DNA of 64,000 nucleotides from an uncultured Prevotellaceae bacterium (GCA_900315745.1 ONAG01000003.1:30507-94506), one strand, 5' to 3'. Shown: positions 1 through 10,200, numbered from the stretch's first letter. The notes: a model not told the origin generated them from the sequence alone. Numbers and translations: made by a program.

Positions 1-2121
1 TGCAATTCCAACAACATGCTAAAGCTGTCGGAAATGCTCAGCGACCGCACCGCCGACGCCAAATATGCCGACTTCTATGAAAACACCACATGGAACCACA
101 TCCTCACGACACAAGACCCCGAGACGGGAGGATATGTCTATTTCACCACACTCCGCCCACAAGGTTACCGCATCTACTCGCAAGTGAACCAAGGCATGTG
201 GTGCTGCGTAGGCACCGGAATGGAAAACCATTCCAAATACGGGCATTTCATCTACACACACGACGGTTCCAAAACGCTCTACGTCAACCTTTTCACACCA
301 AGCATCCTCGATGACGAGACCTTTGGCATAAGGCAAGAGACACTATTCCCCTGCATCGACCCCAAAGCCAGCAACATCCCCACGTCACAAACCGTGACCA
401 CAGAACTCACAGTGACTAAGGGTGGCTCATACGCCATAGCCGTGCGTCATCCCGCATGGGCAGGAGCAGAATACCAAGTGGATGTGAACGGAAACATGGT
501 GAATGCCGCCGTGACAAAAGGCAAGGCGAGCTACGTCACCATCGACCGCACGTGGACGGCAGGCGACCGCATCACGGTTTACCTGCCCATGGAGATGACA
601 TACGAAGAATGTCCCAACTACACCGACTACATAGCTTTCAAGTTCGGCCCCATACTGCTTGGCGCACAGACCACCGCCACATCCGAGGAAGAAGCAGGTG
701 AGACCGGTCTCATATACGAAAAACTGAAGAACGAATACGCCGGAGCAGGGCGCATGGACCATGCCCCAGGGAACATGGCAACCGCCAAGAACCTTGCTGC
801 ATCACCATTGCTCATTGGCGACCGTGCCGACGTGCTCAAGCGAATAACACAAATGGAAGGGGCTGCCGGTTGCCAACTGCACTTCAACATCGACGCCAGC
901 AGGAATGATGTGGCATCATACGCATGGGATAAACTCGAGCTGCGCCCATTCTACGAAATCCAGCATGCACGCTACATGTGCTACTGGTATCAGCAGACCG
1001 CCGAGAATTATGAGAAGAGCGACATGGCACAAAGCGAGGCAGCCAACGAGGCACTTGCAGCACGCACTCTCGACTTTGTGGCTCCTGGCGAACAACAAAG
1101 CGAGGCAGGTCACGAATACGACTATTCCAGCGACTCCAGCACAGGAGAATACAATACCGAACACTATCGTGACGCAAGGCCCAACGGGCACATACAATAC
1201 ACCCTCTTCAACGAACAACAGGTGTCTGAACGGCTTAGCGTGATGTTCAGATTCAACCTTGCAGACAGGGGAAGAATGGCAACACTCACCATCGATGGAA
1301 CGAAAGTGGCAGACATCACCATTCCGACATCCGCCAAAGGCAGCGACGCCAATGGCTTCTACAACATAGAATATGCCATCCCCGACAACCTTGTAAGGGA
1401 CTCCAACGGCGACGTGAAGAAACGCTTCGTGGTTAGACTCACAGCATCCTCCACCACCCTTTGCCCCGGCATCTACTATGTAAGACTGCTGCGCGACTAT
1501 CAAGACCAAGCCTATCGCTTCGTAGCCAACGAATGGACAACGGGCGACCCCAACCGAGTGGCAGCATCCAACATCACATACGACAATGTGAACAACATCA
1601 TCCATGTGAAAGCCAGCGGCAACAACAACGTGGCGTTGATGCTGAAATACCAAGAGCACGACTACACCATCGACAACAGCCAGATATACCTTGTGGCAAG
1701 AGGCACCAACCTGAGCAACGCCACAGGAGCATCGTACCTGTGGTGGCTGAACGGCTCCAACCACGGCACGCAGGTGGCTCCAACCAAAGTAGCTACGGTG
1801 AGCATTGACGGCAATGAACAAAGAGTGATAGCATGGGACATGACCAAGAGTGGAATCTACGAAAACTTCTCCGGCGACCATCCCAACGTATGCATGGGCC
1901 AGACCATCTTCGGCCTCACATCAACCAACGGACAAAGCGACATCTACGACATCAACTTCGTAAGCAATGTGGATGCATACCTTGACAACACTGTCGATAT
2001 CTCGCCGGTGGAAGCATTCATCAACGGCAAACCGACAAAATCCTTTACCATCGGTGGTGTCCGTTCCCATGGACATGCGGGCATCGTCATCAAGGACGGA
2101 AAGAAATACATAGAAAAATAG
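1..2121 (+). CDS. GH146/GH127-family beta-L-arabinofuranosidase-like glycosidase with extra C-terminal domains and T9SS-like tail (5' truncated by window edge)
   Basis: Frame 1 is open from base 1 (CNSNNMLKLS, matching the family C-N-x-x-N-M-L-K-L motif), so the true start lies upstream. WCCVGTGMENHSKYG is typical of GH146. C-terminus ...GIVIKDGKKYIEK resembles a Prevotella CTD tail. Confidence 0.8.
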   Translation, partial: CNSNNMLKLSEMLSDRTADAKYADFYENTTWNHILTTQDPETGGYVYFTTLRPQGYRIYSQVNQGMWCCVGTGMENHSKYGHFIYTHDGSKTLYVNLFTPSILDDETFGIRQETLFPCIDPKASNIPTSQTVTTELTVTKGGSYAIAVRHPAWAGAEYQVDVNGNMVNAAVTKGKASYVTIDRTWTAGDRITVYLPMEMTYEECPNYTDYIAFKFGPILLGAQTTATSEEEAGETGLIYEKLKNEYAGAGRMDHAPGNMATAKNLAASPLLIGDRADVLKRITQMEGAAGCQLHFNIDASRNDVASYAWDKLELRPFYEIQHARYMCYWYQQTAENYEKSDMAQSEAANEALAARTLDFVAPGEQQSEAGHEYDYSSDSSTGEYNTEHYRDARPNGHIQYTLFNEQQVSERLSVMFRFNLADRGRMATLTIDGTKVADITIPTSAKGSDANGFYNIEYAIPDNLVRDSNGDVKKRFVVRLTASSTTLCPGIYYVRLLRDYQDQAYRFVANEWTTGDPNRVAASNITYDNVNNIIHVKASGNNNVALMLKYQEHDYTIDNSQIYLVARGTNLSNATGASYLWWLNGSNHGTQVAPTKVATVSIDGNEQRVIAWDMTKSGIYENFSGDHPNVCMGQTIFGLTSTNGQSDIYDINFVSNVDAYLDNTVDISPVEAFINGKPTKSFTIGGVRSHGHAGIVIKDGKKYIEK

Positions 2122-2133
2122 AAGACACCTGAC

Positions 2134-2160
2134 TTTCTCGTCAAATCATAGGACGAGAAA
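2134..2160 (+). terminator. Hairpin downstream of GH146 gene (no U-tract)
   Basis: tttctcgtc (2134-2142) / gacgagaaa (2152-2160) perfect 9-bp inverted repeat. Confidence 0.4.
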
Positions 2161-2205
2161 CGACAGGATAAAAACACCATTGTTTATCTAAAAATCACAA
2201 GAACC

Positions 2206-3312
2206 ATGAAAATCGGAATTCCAAAAGAAATCAAGAACAACGAGAGCAGAGTGGGCATGACCCCTGCTGGTGTTTCCGAACTGGTACGCCACGGTCATGA
2301 AGTATTTGTTCAGCACACGGCAGGCGAAGGCAGCGGTTTTTCCGACAATGCCTACATCAAGGCAGGAGCCACCATCCTTCCCACCATCGAGGAGACATAC
2401 GCTGTGGCAGACATGATAGTGAAGGTGAAAGAGCCCATCGAGCCAGAATACAAGTTGGTGAAACCCGGACAGATACTCTTCACCTATTTCCATTTCGCCT
2501 GCGACCGTCCTCTCACCGACGCCATGATAGAAGCCGGCGGCGTATGCATTGCATACGAGACGGTGCAACGCCCCGACCGCTCGCTGCCTCTGCTCATCCC
2601 CATGAGCGAAGTGGCAGGACGCATGGCAACCATCAATGGAGCATACTACCTGCAAAAGACAAAAGGAGGCAAAGGCAAGCTGATTTGCGGAGTGCCAGGC
2701 GTTCGCCCTGCCAAGGTGTTGGTGCTTGGTGGCGGCACCGTGGGTCAAGCCGCCGCCCGTGTGGCAGCCGGAATGGGCGCCCGTGTCATCATCACCGACA
2801 TCTCCCTGCCTCTGTTGCGCACGCTGTCGCTGGAGATGCCAGCCAATGTGACGCCAGTGTATTCCAACAAGCACAACATCGAGATGGAACTGCCCGATGT
2901 GGACATCATTGTCGGTTCGGTGCTGATTCCAGGCGACAAGGCACCCCACCTCATCACTCGCGACATGCTGAAGATGATGGAGCCAGGCACCGTGCTCGTG
3001 GATGTGGCAATCGACCAAGGAGGCTGTTTTGAGACCTCACACCCCACCACACACTCCGAGCCGGTATATACTGTCGATGGCATCATACACTATGCCGTGG
3101 CCAACATCCCTGGAGCAGTGCCCAACACATCTACCATCGCCCTCACCAATGCCACACTGCGCTATGCCATAGCCCTCGCAGACAAAGGATGGCGTCAGGC
3201 ATGCAAGGATGACCACTCGCTTGCCCTTGGCCTGAATGTAGTGGAAGGAAAAGTGACCTTCAAGGCCGTCGCCGATGTATTCGGACTGCCCTATACGCCA
3301 ATAGAGCTATAG
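2206..3312 (+). CDS. ald: Alanine dehydrogenase
   Basis: MKIGIPKEIKNNESRVGMTP start, KVKEP, PMSEVAGR, GGGTVG Rossmann motif, DVAIDQGGCFETS, ANIPGAVP. Confidence 0.96.
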   Translation: MKIGIPKEIKNNESRVGMTPAGVSELVRHGHEVFVQHTAGEGSGFSDNAYIKAGATILPTIEETYAVADMIVKVKEPIEPEYKLVKPGQILFTYFHFACDRPLTDAMIEAGGVCIAYETVQRPDRSLPLLIPMSEVAGRMATINGAYYLQKTKGGKGKLICGVPGVRPAKVLVLGGGTVGQAAARVAAGMGARVIITDISLPLLRTLSLEMPANVTPVYSNKHNIEMELPDVDIIVGSVLIPGDKAPHLITRDMLKMMEPGTVLVDVAIDQGGCFETSHPTTHSEPVYTVDGIIHYAVANIPGAVPNTSTIALTNATLRYAIALADKGWRQACKDDHSLALGLNVVEGKVTFKAVADVFGLPYTPIEL

Positions 3313-3342
3313 TAGAAAAATCTTTTTTACTCCAGATTAAGG

Positions 3343-3379
3343 AAAAGGTGGGAAGAATTTCGTTTTCTTCCCACCTTTT
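3343..3379. terminator. Bidirectional intrinsic terminator between convergent genes
   Basis: aaaaggtgggaagaa (3343-3357) / ttcttcccacctttt (3365-3379), 15-bp perfect stem. Confidence 0.85.
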
Positions 3380-3404
3380 GGATTATCATTTATAAGGCAT
3401 GTCA

Positions 3405-4427
3405 TCACCCTTGCATATCGACAAGGATGCGGAACACCTTTCCTGGGTTATCAGCCCATTGCTGCATGGCGTCGGGAGCCTCCTCTGGCTTCACCACCCT
3501 TGATATGAGTTGGTCCACGGGACAAGTGCCACGCTCAAGGTAATGTATCACGGCACGGAAATCCGACGGTTGAGCATTGCGTGAGCCACGGATGTCAAGT
3601 TCCTTCTGCACAAAGAACTTTGTTTGGAACGACACCTCAGTCTTGGCATATCCTATGCACACAGTCCTTCCGGTGAAAGCCACCTCGTTGACCGCCATCT
3701 GGTATGTCGGAGCGCTGCCCACAGCCTCGATGACCACATCAGGTCCGAAGCCAGAAGTGATTTCCATCAGTCGGGCATGAACATCCTCTGTTTTGGAATT
3801 GATGGTGTAACTGGCACCCATCTGATGAGCAAGCACCAACTTGTCATCGTCTATGTCGGCAGCCACCACTGTAGCACCACGCTGGGCACTACGTACAATG
3901 GCACCCATGCCCACCATGCCGCAGCCGATGACGAGCACTACGTCGATGTCGGTGACTTGTGCACGCGACACGGCATGGAATCCCACGCTCATGGGTTCCA
4001 CAAGTGCGCAAGTACGTGGAGTGAGCAGTCCTGCAGGTATGATTTTCTCCCAAGGCAAAGCGATGTATTCCCTCATGGCACCATCACGCTGCACGCCAAG
4101 AGTCTCATTATGCTGACAGGCATTCACCCTGCCATTGCGACAAGAAGCGCACTTGCCACAGTTGGTGTAAGGGTTGACGGTGACCACCATTCCCGGCTTC
4201 AGGCCCTCTGGCACATCCTCACCCACTTTCTCTATTACAGCACCCACCTCATGTCCTGGTATTACAGGCATTTTCACCATAGGATTCTTACCTAAAAAAG
4301 TGCTGAGGTCGGAGCCGCAGAACCCCACATAATTGAGACGCAGGAGCACCTCGTTGGCTTTCATCACAGGCTGGTCAATCTCGACCACTCCCATCTGCCT
4401 CTCGGCAAATATTTGTATTGCTTTCAT
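3405..4427 (-). CDS. Zinc-dependent medium-chain dehydrogenase, L-galactonate 5-dehydrogenase-like
   Basis: GFCGSD, GHEVG and CGKCASCRNGRVNAC zinc motifs, GCGMVG nucleotide motif; adjacent to an L-galactose-dehydrogenase-like AKR. Confidence 0.8.
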   Translation of the reverse strand: MKAIQIFAERQMGVVEIDQPVMKANEVLLRLNYVGFCGSDLSTFLGKNPMVKMPVIPGHEVGAVIEKVGEDVPEGLKPGMVVTVNPYTNCGKCASCRNGRVNACQHNETLGVQRDGAMREYIALPWEKIIPAGLLTPRTCALVEPMSVGFHAVSRAQVTDIDVVLVIGCGMVGMGAIVRSAQRGATVVAADIDDDKLVLAHQMGASYTINSKTEDVHARLMEITSGFGPDVVIEAVGSAPTYQMAVNEVAFTGRTVCIGYAKTEVSFQTKFFVQKELDIRGSRNAQPSDFRAVIHYLERGTCPVDQLISRVVKPEEAPDAMQQWADNPGKVFRILVDMQG

Positions 4428-4457
4428 TTCTATATTAATCTATACTAAAAAACTTGT

Positions 4458-5393
4458 TCAACTGTTTTTCCATCTCACGCGTTGCTGGTCGCCTATGATG
4501 GCACGCACCTCCTCCACCAGCTGCTGGTCGGCAGGCTGACTGATATATTCAATGTTTTTGAGCACATTGTCGGGATTGGCGCTGGAGAACAGCGTGGTTG
4601 CAATCCTTGGGTTCAAGCTCGTGGAATATTGCATGGCAAGTCTCTCGATGGGATACCCCTTCTCTGTGCAGAATGCGGCAGCTTTACGACAAGCCTCTTT
4701 GAGAGCTTCAGGAGCCGGATGCCAGTCGGGCGTACCACGCTGTGAAAGCAGTCCCATGGACAGTGGCGAGGCATTTATCACGCCTATGCCGCGCTGTTCG
4801 AAGAAGTCAAGGTAGTCGAGCAGCATGTCGTCGTTGAGGCAATAATGGCAGAAGCACAGCACACTCTCCACCGTTCCCTCTTCAGAATGCTCTATCACCC
4901 ATTTCAGGTTCTCCGGCTGCAAGTCAGTGATGCCCACATGCCCCACCACGCCCTTTCGGCGCAGTTCCACCAATGCCGGCAATGTCTCGTCCACCACCTG
5001 TTGGAGGTCGGCAAATTCCACATCATGAACATTGATGATGTCGATGTAATCTACATTCAAGCGTTCCATGCTCTCATACACGCTCTCCGTAGCACGCTTG
5101 GCAGAATAGTCCCACGTGTTGACGCCATCCTTGCCGTAGCGTCCCACCTTTGTCGAGAGGTAGTATTTGTCGCGTGGGATGTCCTTGAGCGCCTTGCCCA
5201 AGACCATTTCAGCCTTCAGATGACCATAATAAGGTGACACATCGATGAAATTGATGCCATTGTCGATGGCGACATTTACAGCTCTGATGCCCTCGTCTTC
5301 ACGAACACCATGAAAGACGCCACCGAGCGACGAGGCGCCGAAACTGAGGTTCGACAATCGCAACCCTGTTTTTCCTAATTCATTGTAAATCAT
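4458..5393 (-). CDS. Aldo/keto reductase, L-galactose dehydrogenase-like
   Basis: LSFGASSLGGVF, IDVSPYYG, STKVGRYG, NVHDVEF, ASPLSMGLL: pattern of plant/Bacteroides L-galactose dehydrogenases. Confidence 0.8.
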   Translation of the reverse strand: MIYNELGKTGLRLSNLSFGASSLGGVFHGVREDEGIRAVNVAIDNGINFIDVSPYYGHLKAEMVLGKALKDIPRDKYYLSTKVGRYGKDGVNTWDYSAKRATESVYESMERLNVDYIDIINVHDVEFADLQQVVDETLPALVELRRKGVVGHVGITDLQPENLKWVIEHSEEGTVESVLCFCHYCLNDDMLLDYLDFFEQRGIGVINASPLSMGLLSQRGTPDWHPAPEALKEACRKAAAFCTEKGYPIERLAMQYSTSLNPRIATTLFSSANPDNVLKNIEYISQPADQQLVEEVRAIIGDQQRVRWKNS

Positions 5394-5446
5394 TATAAAG
5401 CAAGTCTTTACAAATAAAACAAATTTTACCTTAATTCATTATGGTG

Positions 5447-5454
5447 CAAATTTA
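5447..5454 (-). promoter_or_regulatory. Bacteroidetes -7 promoter box for AKR/MDR operon
   Basis: TAAATTTG on minus strand, 54 nt upstream of the ATG. Confidence 0.65.
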
Positions 5455-5546
5455 CGGCAAATACATCAAATGACAAAAAAAAAGAGGTTAGTTCTATCAG
5501 GAAAAACAAAAACATGCAATTTCTTTGAAAAATGCCATATTATAGC

Positions 5547-5554
5547 TATTTTTG
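5547..5554 (+). promoter_or_regulatory. Bacteroidetes -7 promoter box for fabK-like gene
   Basis: TATTTTTG; implies the real start is ATG 5649, not 5532. Confidence 0.65.
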
Positions 5555-5648
5555 CGTTTTGAATAGCAAACTGGCACGAGATGAATTCAACCAGCAATTC
5601 ATTGCCATCAAAACAAACAAGCGCAACGCAGAAATCAAAAGAAAAGAC

Positions 5649-6593
5649 ATGAACAAGAACAGAATCACAACACTTTTCGGAATAGAATATCCCATCATCC
5701 AGGGCGGAATGGTATGGATAAGTGGCTGGCGCCTTGCCTCAGCAGTGAGCAACGCCGGAGGCCTGGGTCTTCTTGGTGCAGGTTCGATGCACCCAGAGAC
5801 CTTGGTGGAGCACATACACAAGATGAAAGAAGCCACCGACAAGCCATGGGGCGTGAATGTGCCTCTGATGTATCCAGAAATCGACAAGTTGGTGGACATC
5901 CTAATATCTGAAGGAGTGAAGATAGTCTTCACGTCGGCTGGCAGTCCGAAAAAATACACACAACGTTTCCACGAAGCAGGCATGAAGGTGGCACATGTGG
6001 TGTCGAGTTCCAAGTTTGCCCGCAAATGCGAGGAAGCCGGCGTGGATGCCATCGTGGCAGAAGGATTCGAGGCTGGCGGCCACAATGGACGAGAGGAGAC
6101 CACCACCCTGACACTAATCCCTCAGGTGCGTCAAGCCACCACCCTGCCATTGATAGCCGCAGGCGGCATTGGTTCTGGTCAGGCGATGCTTGCCAGCATG
6201 GCATTGGGTGCAGAAGGTGTGCAGATAGGCACGCTATTCGCCCTCACCACCGAGAGCAGCGCTTCAGAAGCCTACAAAGAGCGATGCACCAATCTGGAAG
6301 AAGGCGACACCATGCTTACGCTGAAGCTCATCTCCCCCACCCGACTGGTGAAGAACGACCTCTACTGCCGCATACTACAAGCAGAGAAGGAAGGAGCCGC
6401 CGTGGAAGACCTGAGAGCTATCCTTGGACAAGCCGCTGCCAAGAGAGGCATATTCGAAGGAGACCTGGAAAATGGAGAGTTGGAAATAGGACAGATAGCC
6501 TCCGCCGTAAAAGCCATCCGCCCCGTAAGCGAAGTGATGCAGCAGTTAGTGGAAGAGTTCGACCGCACCAAGGCAGCCGTGGCAAACCTATAA
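5649..6593 (+). CDS. FabK-like enoyl-ACP reductase / nitronate monooxygenase family flavoprotein
   Basis: YPIIQGGMVW, AEGFEAGGHNG, IAAGGIG, GVQIGT, GELEIGQ; start chosen downstream of the promoter box. Confidence 0.85.
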   Translation: MNKNRITTLFGIEYPIIQGGMVWISGWRLASAVSNAGGLGLLGAGSMHPETLVEHIHKMKEATDKPWGVNVPLMYPEIDKLVDILISEGVKIVFTSAGSPKKYTQRFHEAGMKVAHVVSSSKFARKCEEAGVDAIVAEGFEAGGHNGREETTTLTLIPQVRQATTLPLIAAGGIGSGQAMLASMALGAEGVQIGTLFALTTESSASEAYKERCTNLEEGDTMLTLKLISPTRLVKNDLYCRILQAEKEGAAVEDLRAILGQAAAKRGIFEGDLENGELEIGQIASAVKAIRPVSEVMQQLVEEFDRTKAAVANL

Positions 6594-6628
6594 AGATGTT
6601 GATGGGATGAGACAACCCTTGTCCCGTC

Positions 6629-8002
6629 TCATCCTTTCATCCATTTCACAGTGAACAACCTCACGGTGTGCATGATACCACGCAACGTCAATTCAATTGC
6701 CATTGCAACCCACACACCCACCAAACCATATTGCATGGCGAGGAAATAAGCCAAGGAAAGGCGCACCAGCCACATACTGCACAGACTGATGACGGCAGGC
6801 ATGAGAGTGTCGCCAGCGCCCACACAGACGCATACCGCCACTATCGACGCAGCAAACATCGGTTCGGCAAACGCCTCTATGCGAAGGCAAGAGGCCCCCA
6901 ACAGCTGGATTTCCTCCACCGGGGTCATCAGCGCCATCATCTCTTTTGCAAAGACGAACATCACTGCACCCATCACAGCCATGACAATCATGCCGCTAAA
7001 AAGTGTCATGCGAGAAAAACTGCGGCACAAGTCCTTGCGCCCCGCGCCCACACTCTGGCCTATCAAGGTGGTGGCAGCTTCTCCAATGCCATAGCCAGGC
7101 ATATAGCAAAGGCTCTCAGCCGTGATGCCAAGAGTATTGGCAGCGATGGCGATGTTGCCCAATGGAGCAACAATCATGGTGCTTACAATCTGGGCACCTG
7201 TCATCAGCACTGACTGCACAGCCATGGGCAGACCAATCTTCAAGGCATTCCACAGATAGTCGCCTACCCAGAAGAAATGCTCTCCTACACGGCGCAGCGA
7301 CAACATGGTGTTGCGGAAGACGGCGATATATACCTGCACCGACCCACAAATAACTATTGACAGCGACGTGCCTATGGCAGCACCCATGACACCCAGGTGG
7401 AACTGATAGATGAGAATGTAATTGAAAACCACGTCAAGCACACACATCACCACACTGATGAGGCTGGGAATGCGCATGTTGCCTGTGCATTTGAGCATGG
7501 CGCCGGAAAGGCCATTCAACTGGAAAAAAGGTCCGGAAAGGGCAAAGATAAGGAAATACAAGGAAGCATCACGTGCGATGTCCTCCCCCCCACCGAGCCA
7601 ATATGGCAAAGGTCGTGCTATGGAGACAGCCACCACTAACAACAGCAGGCTGAGCACGGTGGTGACAACAAGCGCATGACGAAACACCTGCCGAGCCTTG
7701 ACAAAGTCGTTGGCACCAATGAAATGCGCCACCTGGACAGAAAAGCCCATGGATGCAGCCCCGGTCAGACTGCCCAGCAACCATGTGGAAGTCTCCACCA
7801 AACCACATGCGGCAGAAGCCTTCTCACCAAGATGCCCCACCATTGCCTGGTCGATGAAAAACATCACGACGCTGGTAATCTGAGCCAAAATGGAAGGTAT
7901 GCTCAACTGCACGATAAGGTTGAGCTTGTCGGCACCCGTCAATGGTCTTCCATCCCGGATGAATTCCAGCAATTCGTCACTTTTGCCATTGAAAACTTTC
8001 AT
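6629..8002 (-). CDS. MATE-family efflux transporter
   Basis: About 12 hydrophobic segments, IDQAMVGHLG, GNMRIP, duplicated halves; start MKVFNG lies 7 nt after TATTTTTG box at 8010-8017. Confidence 0.9.
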   Translation of the reverse strand: MKVFNGKSDELLEFIRDGRPLTGADKLNLIVQLSIPSILAQITSVVMFFIDQAMVGHLGEKASAACGLVETSTWLLGSLTGAASMGFSVQVAHFIGANDFVKARQVFRHALVVTTVLSLLLLVVAVSIARPLPYWLGGGEDIARDASLYFLIFALSGPFFQLNGLSGAMLKCTGNMRIPSLISVVMCVLDVVFNYILIYQFHLGVMGAAIGTSLSIVICGSVQVYIAVFRNTMLSLRRVGEHFFWVGDYLWNALKIGLPMAVQSVLMTGAQIVSTMIVAPLGNIAIAANTLGITAESLCYMPGYGIGEAATTLIGQSVGAGRKDLCRSFSRMTLFSGMIVMAVMGAVMFVFAKEMMALMTPVEEIQLLGASCLRIEAFAEPMFAASIVAVCVCVGAGDTLMPAVISLCSMWLVRLSLAYFLAMQYGLVGVWVAMAIELTLRGIMHTVRLFTVKWMKG

Positions 8003-8066
8003 GAAGATGCAAAAATAGTGCAAAAAACGCTGATACCAAAATTTAAATTAATAAAATAAGAAAGCT

Positions 8067-9638
8067 ATGAAAAAGTATTTTGTTTTCCTGTTCCTTGCAC
8101 TCTTTGGCATGGTCCTCAACCTCCAAAGCCAGCCATTGTTGAGGACAAACGTAGAAACAGGCGCCGTGGAAGGCGTGCTTGTGGAAGGCAACCTTGCCGT
8201 ATATCGCGCCATACCCTACGCAGCACCCCCTGTAGGCGACCTTCGCTGGCGTGAGCCACAACCCGCCACCGCCTGGGAAGGAGTGAGAGTATGCGACAAG
8301 TTTGGTCCTTGGCCACCACAGCCATGGCGCCGCAACAGTCCACGCCCCGAGATGAGTGAGGACTGTCTCTACCTTGGCATTGCCACCCCTGCCACCTCCA
8401 CCACCGACCGCCTGCCTGTGATGGTGTGGATTCATGGTGGTGGTTTCCAAACAGAACATTACGGAGGCGACCTTTGGACGAGCCTTGCCCATCGTGGAGT
8501 GGTTATTGTCAGCATAGAATACCGCACGGGAGCCCTTGGCTTCATGGCACATCCCGAATTAGCGAAAGAGTCGGCAGGAGGTCACAGCGGCAACTATGGC
8601 ATTCTCGACCAGATTTACGCCCTGAAATGGGTTCAGCGCAATATCTCCAATTTCGGTGGCGACCCCTCCAAGGTCACCATCTTCGGTGAGTCAGCCGGAG
8701 CCATCAGTTGCAGCATCCTCTGTGGTTCGCCTCTCGCCAAAGGGCTCTTCAGAGCCGCCATCAGCCAGAGCGGCGGTTCGTTCGCCCCTTGGTCCGACTC
8801 CCCTCGCACGCTCATCGTCAACGCCTCGCAGAAAGGTGCAGAGGCACAAGGACTTGCATTCCAAAAGCACTTGAAAAAGAAGTCGCTCAAGCAACTGCGC
8901 AAGATGGATGCCATGGAATTGTGCGGCAATGATGTTGGCTTTGGTGGTTTCTGGCCTTGTGTCGATGGTTATGTCATCACCGACGACCTCTATAGGAATT
9001 ACGAGCGAGGCGACTACAACGACGTGCCTGTGATAATAATGACCAACAGCGACGAGGGAGTTCTCTTCACCGGCAACATCAAGCCAGAGGAATACAAGGC
9101 GGCAGCCCGTGGCATTTTCGGCAACTACATCGACGAGGCCCTCAAACTCTATCCCGGCAACACCCCCGACGAGGCATTCCACGGCAACGCCGATGCCTTC
9201 CGTGACGTAGGCTTCGCATGGCCATCGTTCGCATGGGCGAACCTTCAAAGCAAGACAGGCAAAAGTCCTGCTTACGCAGCCTTCCTCGCACAACCCTCGG
9301 AGCGCAGTTTCTCACAAGACAAACGCAGGCGGGGCGTGTCGCATGCAGACGACATCCTATATCTCAATGGTGAATTCCAATCAAAACCAGAAAAATATCC
9401 TGCCGAGGCAGCATTGGCAGAGATAATACAGCAATATTGGGTGAATTTCGCCAAGACCTGCAACCCCAACGGCAAAGGTCTGCCCTACTGGCCCACATTC
9501 GATGAGTCAAAACCCACCACGATGCAGTTCAGCAATGGCGCATCGCTCATCATGGTACCAAACAGAGACAAGATAGACTTCCTGGAGCGCTTCTTCAAGA
9601 GCAAAAGAGAAGAAACTGAAAGCCAAAGGGTTAAGTAA
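8067..9638 (+). CDS. Secreted carboxylesterase type B
   Basis: Signal peptide, IPYAAPPVGDLRW, SEDCLYL, WIHGGGF, GESAG nucleophile, NSDEG and SHADD triad motifs. Confidence 0.92.
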   Translation: MKKYFVFLFLALFGMVLNLQSQPLLRTNVETGAVEGVLVEGNLAVYRAIPYAAPPVGDLRWREPQPATAWEGVRVCDKFGPWPPQPWRRNSPRPEMSEDCLYLGIATPATSTTDRLPVMVWIHGGGFQTEHYGGDLWTSLAHRGVVIVSIEYRTGALGFMAHPELAKESAGGHSGNYGILDQIYALKWVQRNISNFGGDPSKVTIFGESAGAISCSILCGSPLAKGLFRAAISQSGGSFAPWSDSPRTLIVNASQKGAEAQGLAFQKHLKKKSLKQLRKMDAMELCGNDVGFGGFWPCVDGYVITDDLYRNYERGDYNDVPVIIMTNSDEGVLFTGNIKPEEYKAAARGIFGNYIDEALKLYPGNTPDEAFHGNADAFRDVGFAWPSFAWANLQSKTGKSPAYAAFLAQPSERSFSQDKRRRGVSHADDILYLNGEFQSKPEKYPAEAALAEIIQQYWVNFAKTCNPNGKGLPYWPTFDESKPTTMQFSNGASLIMVPNRDKIDFLERFFKSKREETESQRVK

Positions 9639-9689
9639 GGCTATTTTTTGAACGCCCAACTTATAATTAACACTTTGTAGAACTAAAAC

Positions 9690-9718
9690 GGGCGGACACC
9701 GACATTTCGGGTCCGCCC
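9690..9718. terminator. Likely bidirectional terminator hairpin
   Basis: gggcggac/gtccgccc plus inner ccga/tcgg, flanked by aaaa on the left and tctttt on the right. Confidence 0.7.
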
Positions 9719-9769
9719 ATTCTTTTATATAAATTAATAAGTTATACTTTCTATTTTACCATGTCCGAG

Positions 9770-9850
9770 TTACTGTTTCTCTATTGTGTTCTCGAACAGA
9801 AATCCTGATGCAATCATTATTGCAAAAATCAATACAATTGTCATGTTCAT
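9770..9850 (-). CDS. Candidate 26-aa hydrophobic small protein MNMTIVLIFAIMIASGFLFENTIEKQ
   Basis: Read manually; A-rich sequence before the ATG; lies between the orphan promoter 10174-10181 and the terminator 9690-9718. Confidence 0.35.
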   Translation of the reverse strand: MNMTIVLIFAIMIASGFLFENTIEKQ

Positions 9851-10173
9851 CTTTTTACCCTTTCTTTAATTTTTAATGAAACAATACGCTGCTACCATCA
9901 CGGCATGAGCGGTTAACCTGAATTTTACACAATCTTTTTTTTTGATGGGTCACTTACCCATAATTGTCATCCTTTATACAATCCTTTTTCCTTAACCAAT
10001 ACCTTTTATCCTTACTTTTTATTTTTATTTCTTGCTTCTCTATTTCTCTTTTTCACATAACATCTTTTCTACCTTAAACCAATACCATGCTAATCTTTTT
10101 TCTTCTTGGCCAAGCCTATTTATATGCTGATCTTTTATTGCTGACCTTGGTCTGTTTTATCCTTTTGACGATG

Positions 10174-10181
10174 CAAAGGTA
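10174..10181 (-). promoter_or_regulatory. Orphan -7 promoter box
   Basis: TACCTTTGCATC on minus strand with no annotated ORF downstream. Confidence 0.6.
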
Positions 10182-10200
10182 GTGCTGTTTGCGCACACAA

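Noticed and set aside
5532-5648. ORF-track N-terminal extensions (also at 44601, 47957, 51551, 55676, 58682, 24939)
   Set aside because: They run through -7 promoter boxes or terminators; downstream ATGs match family starts
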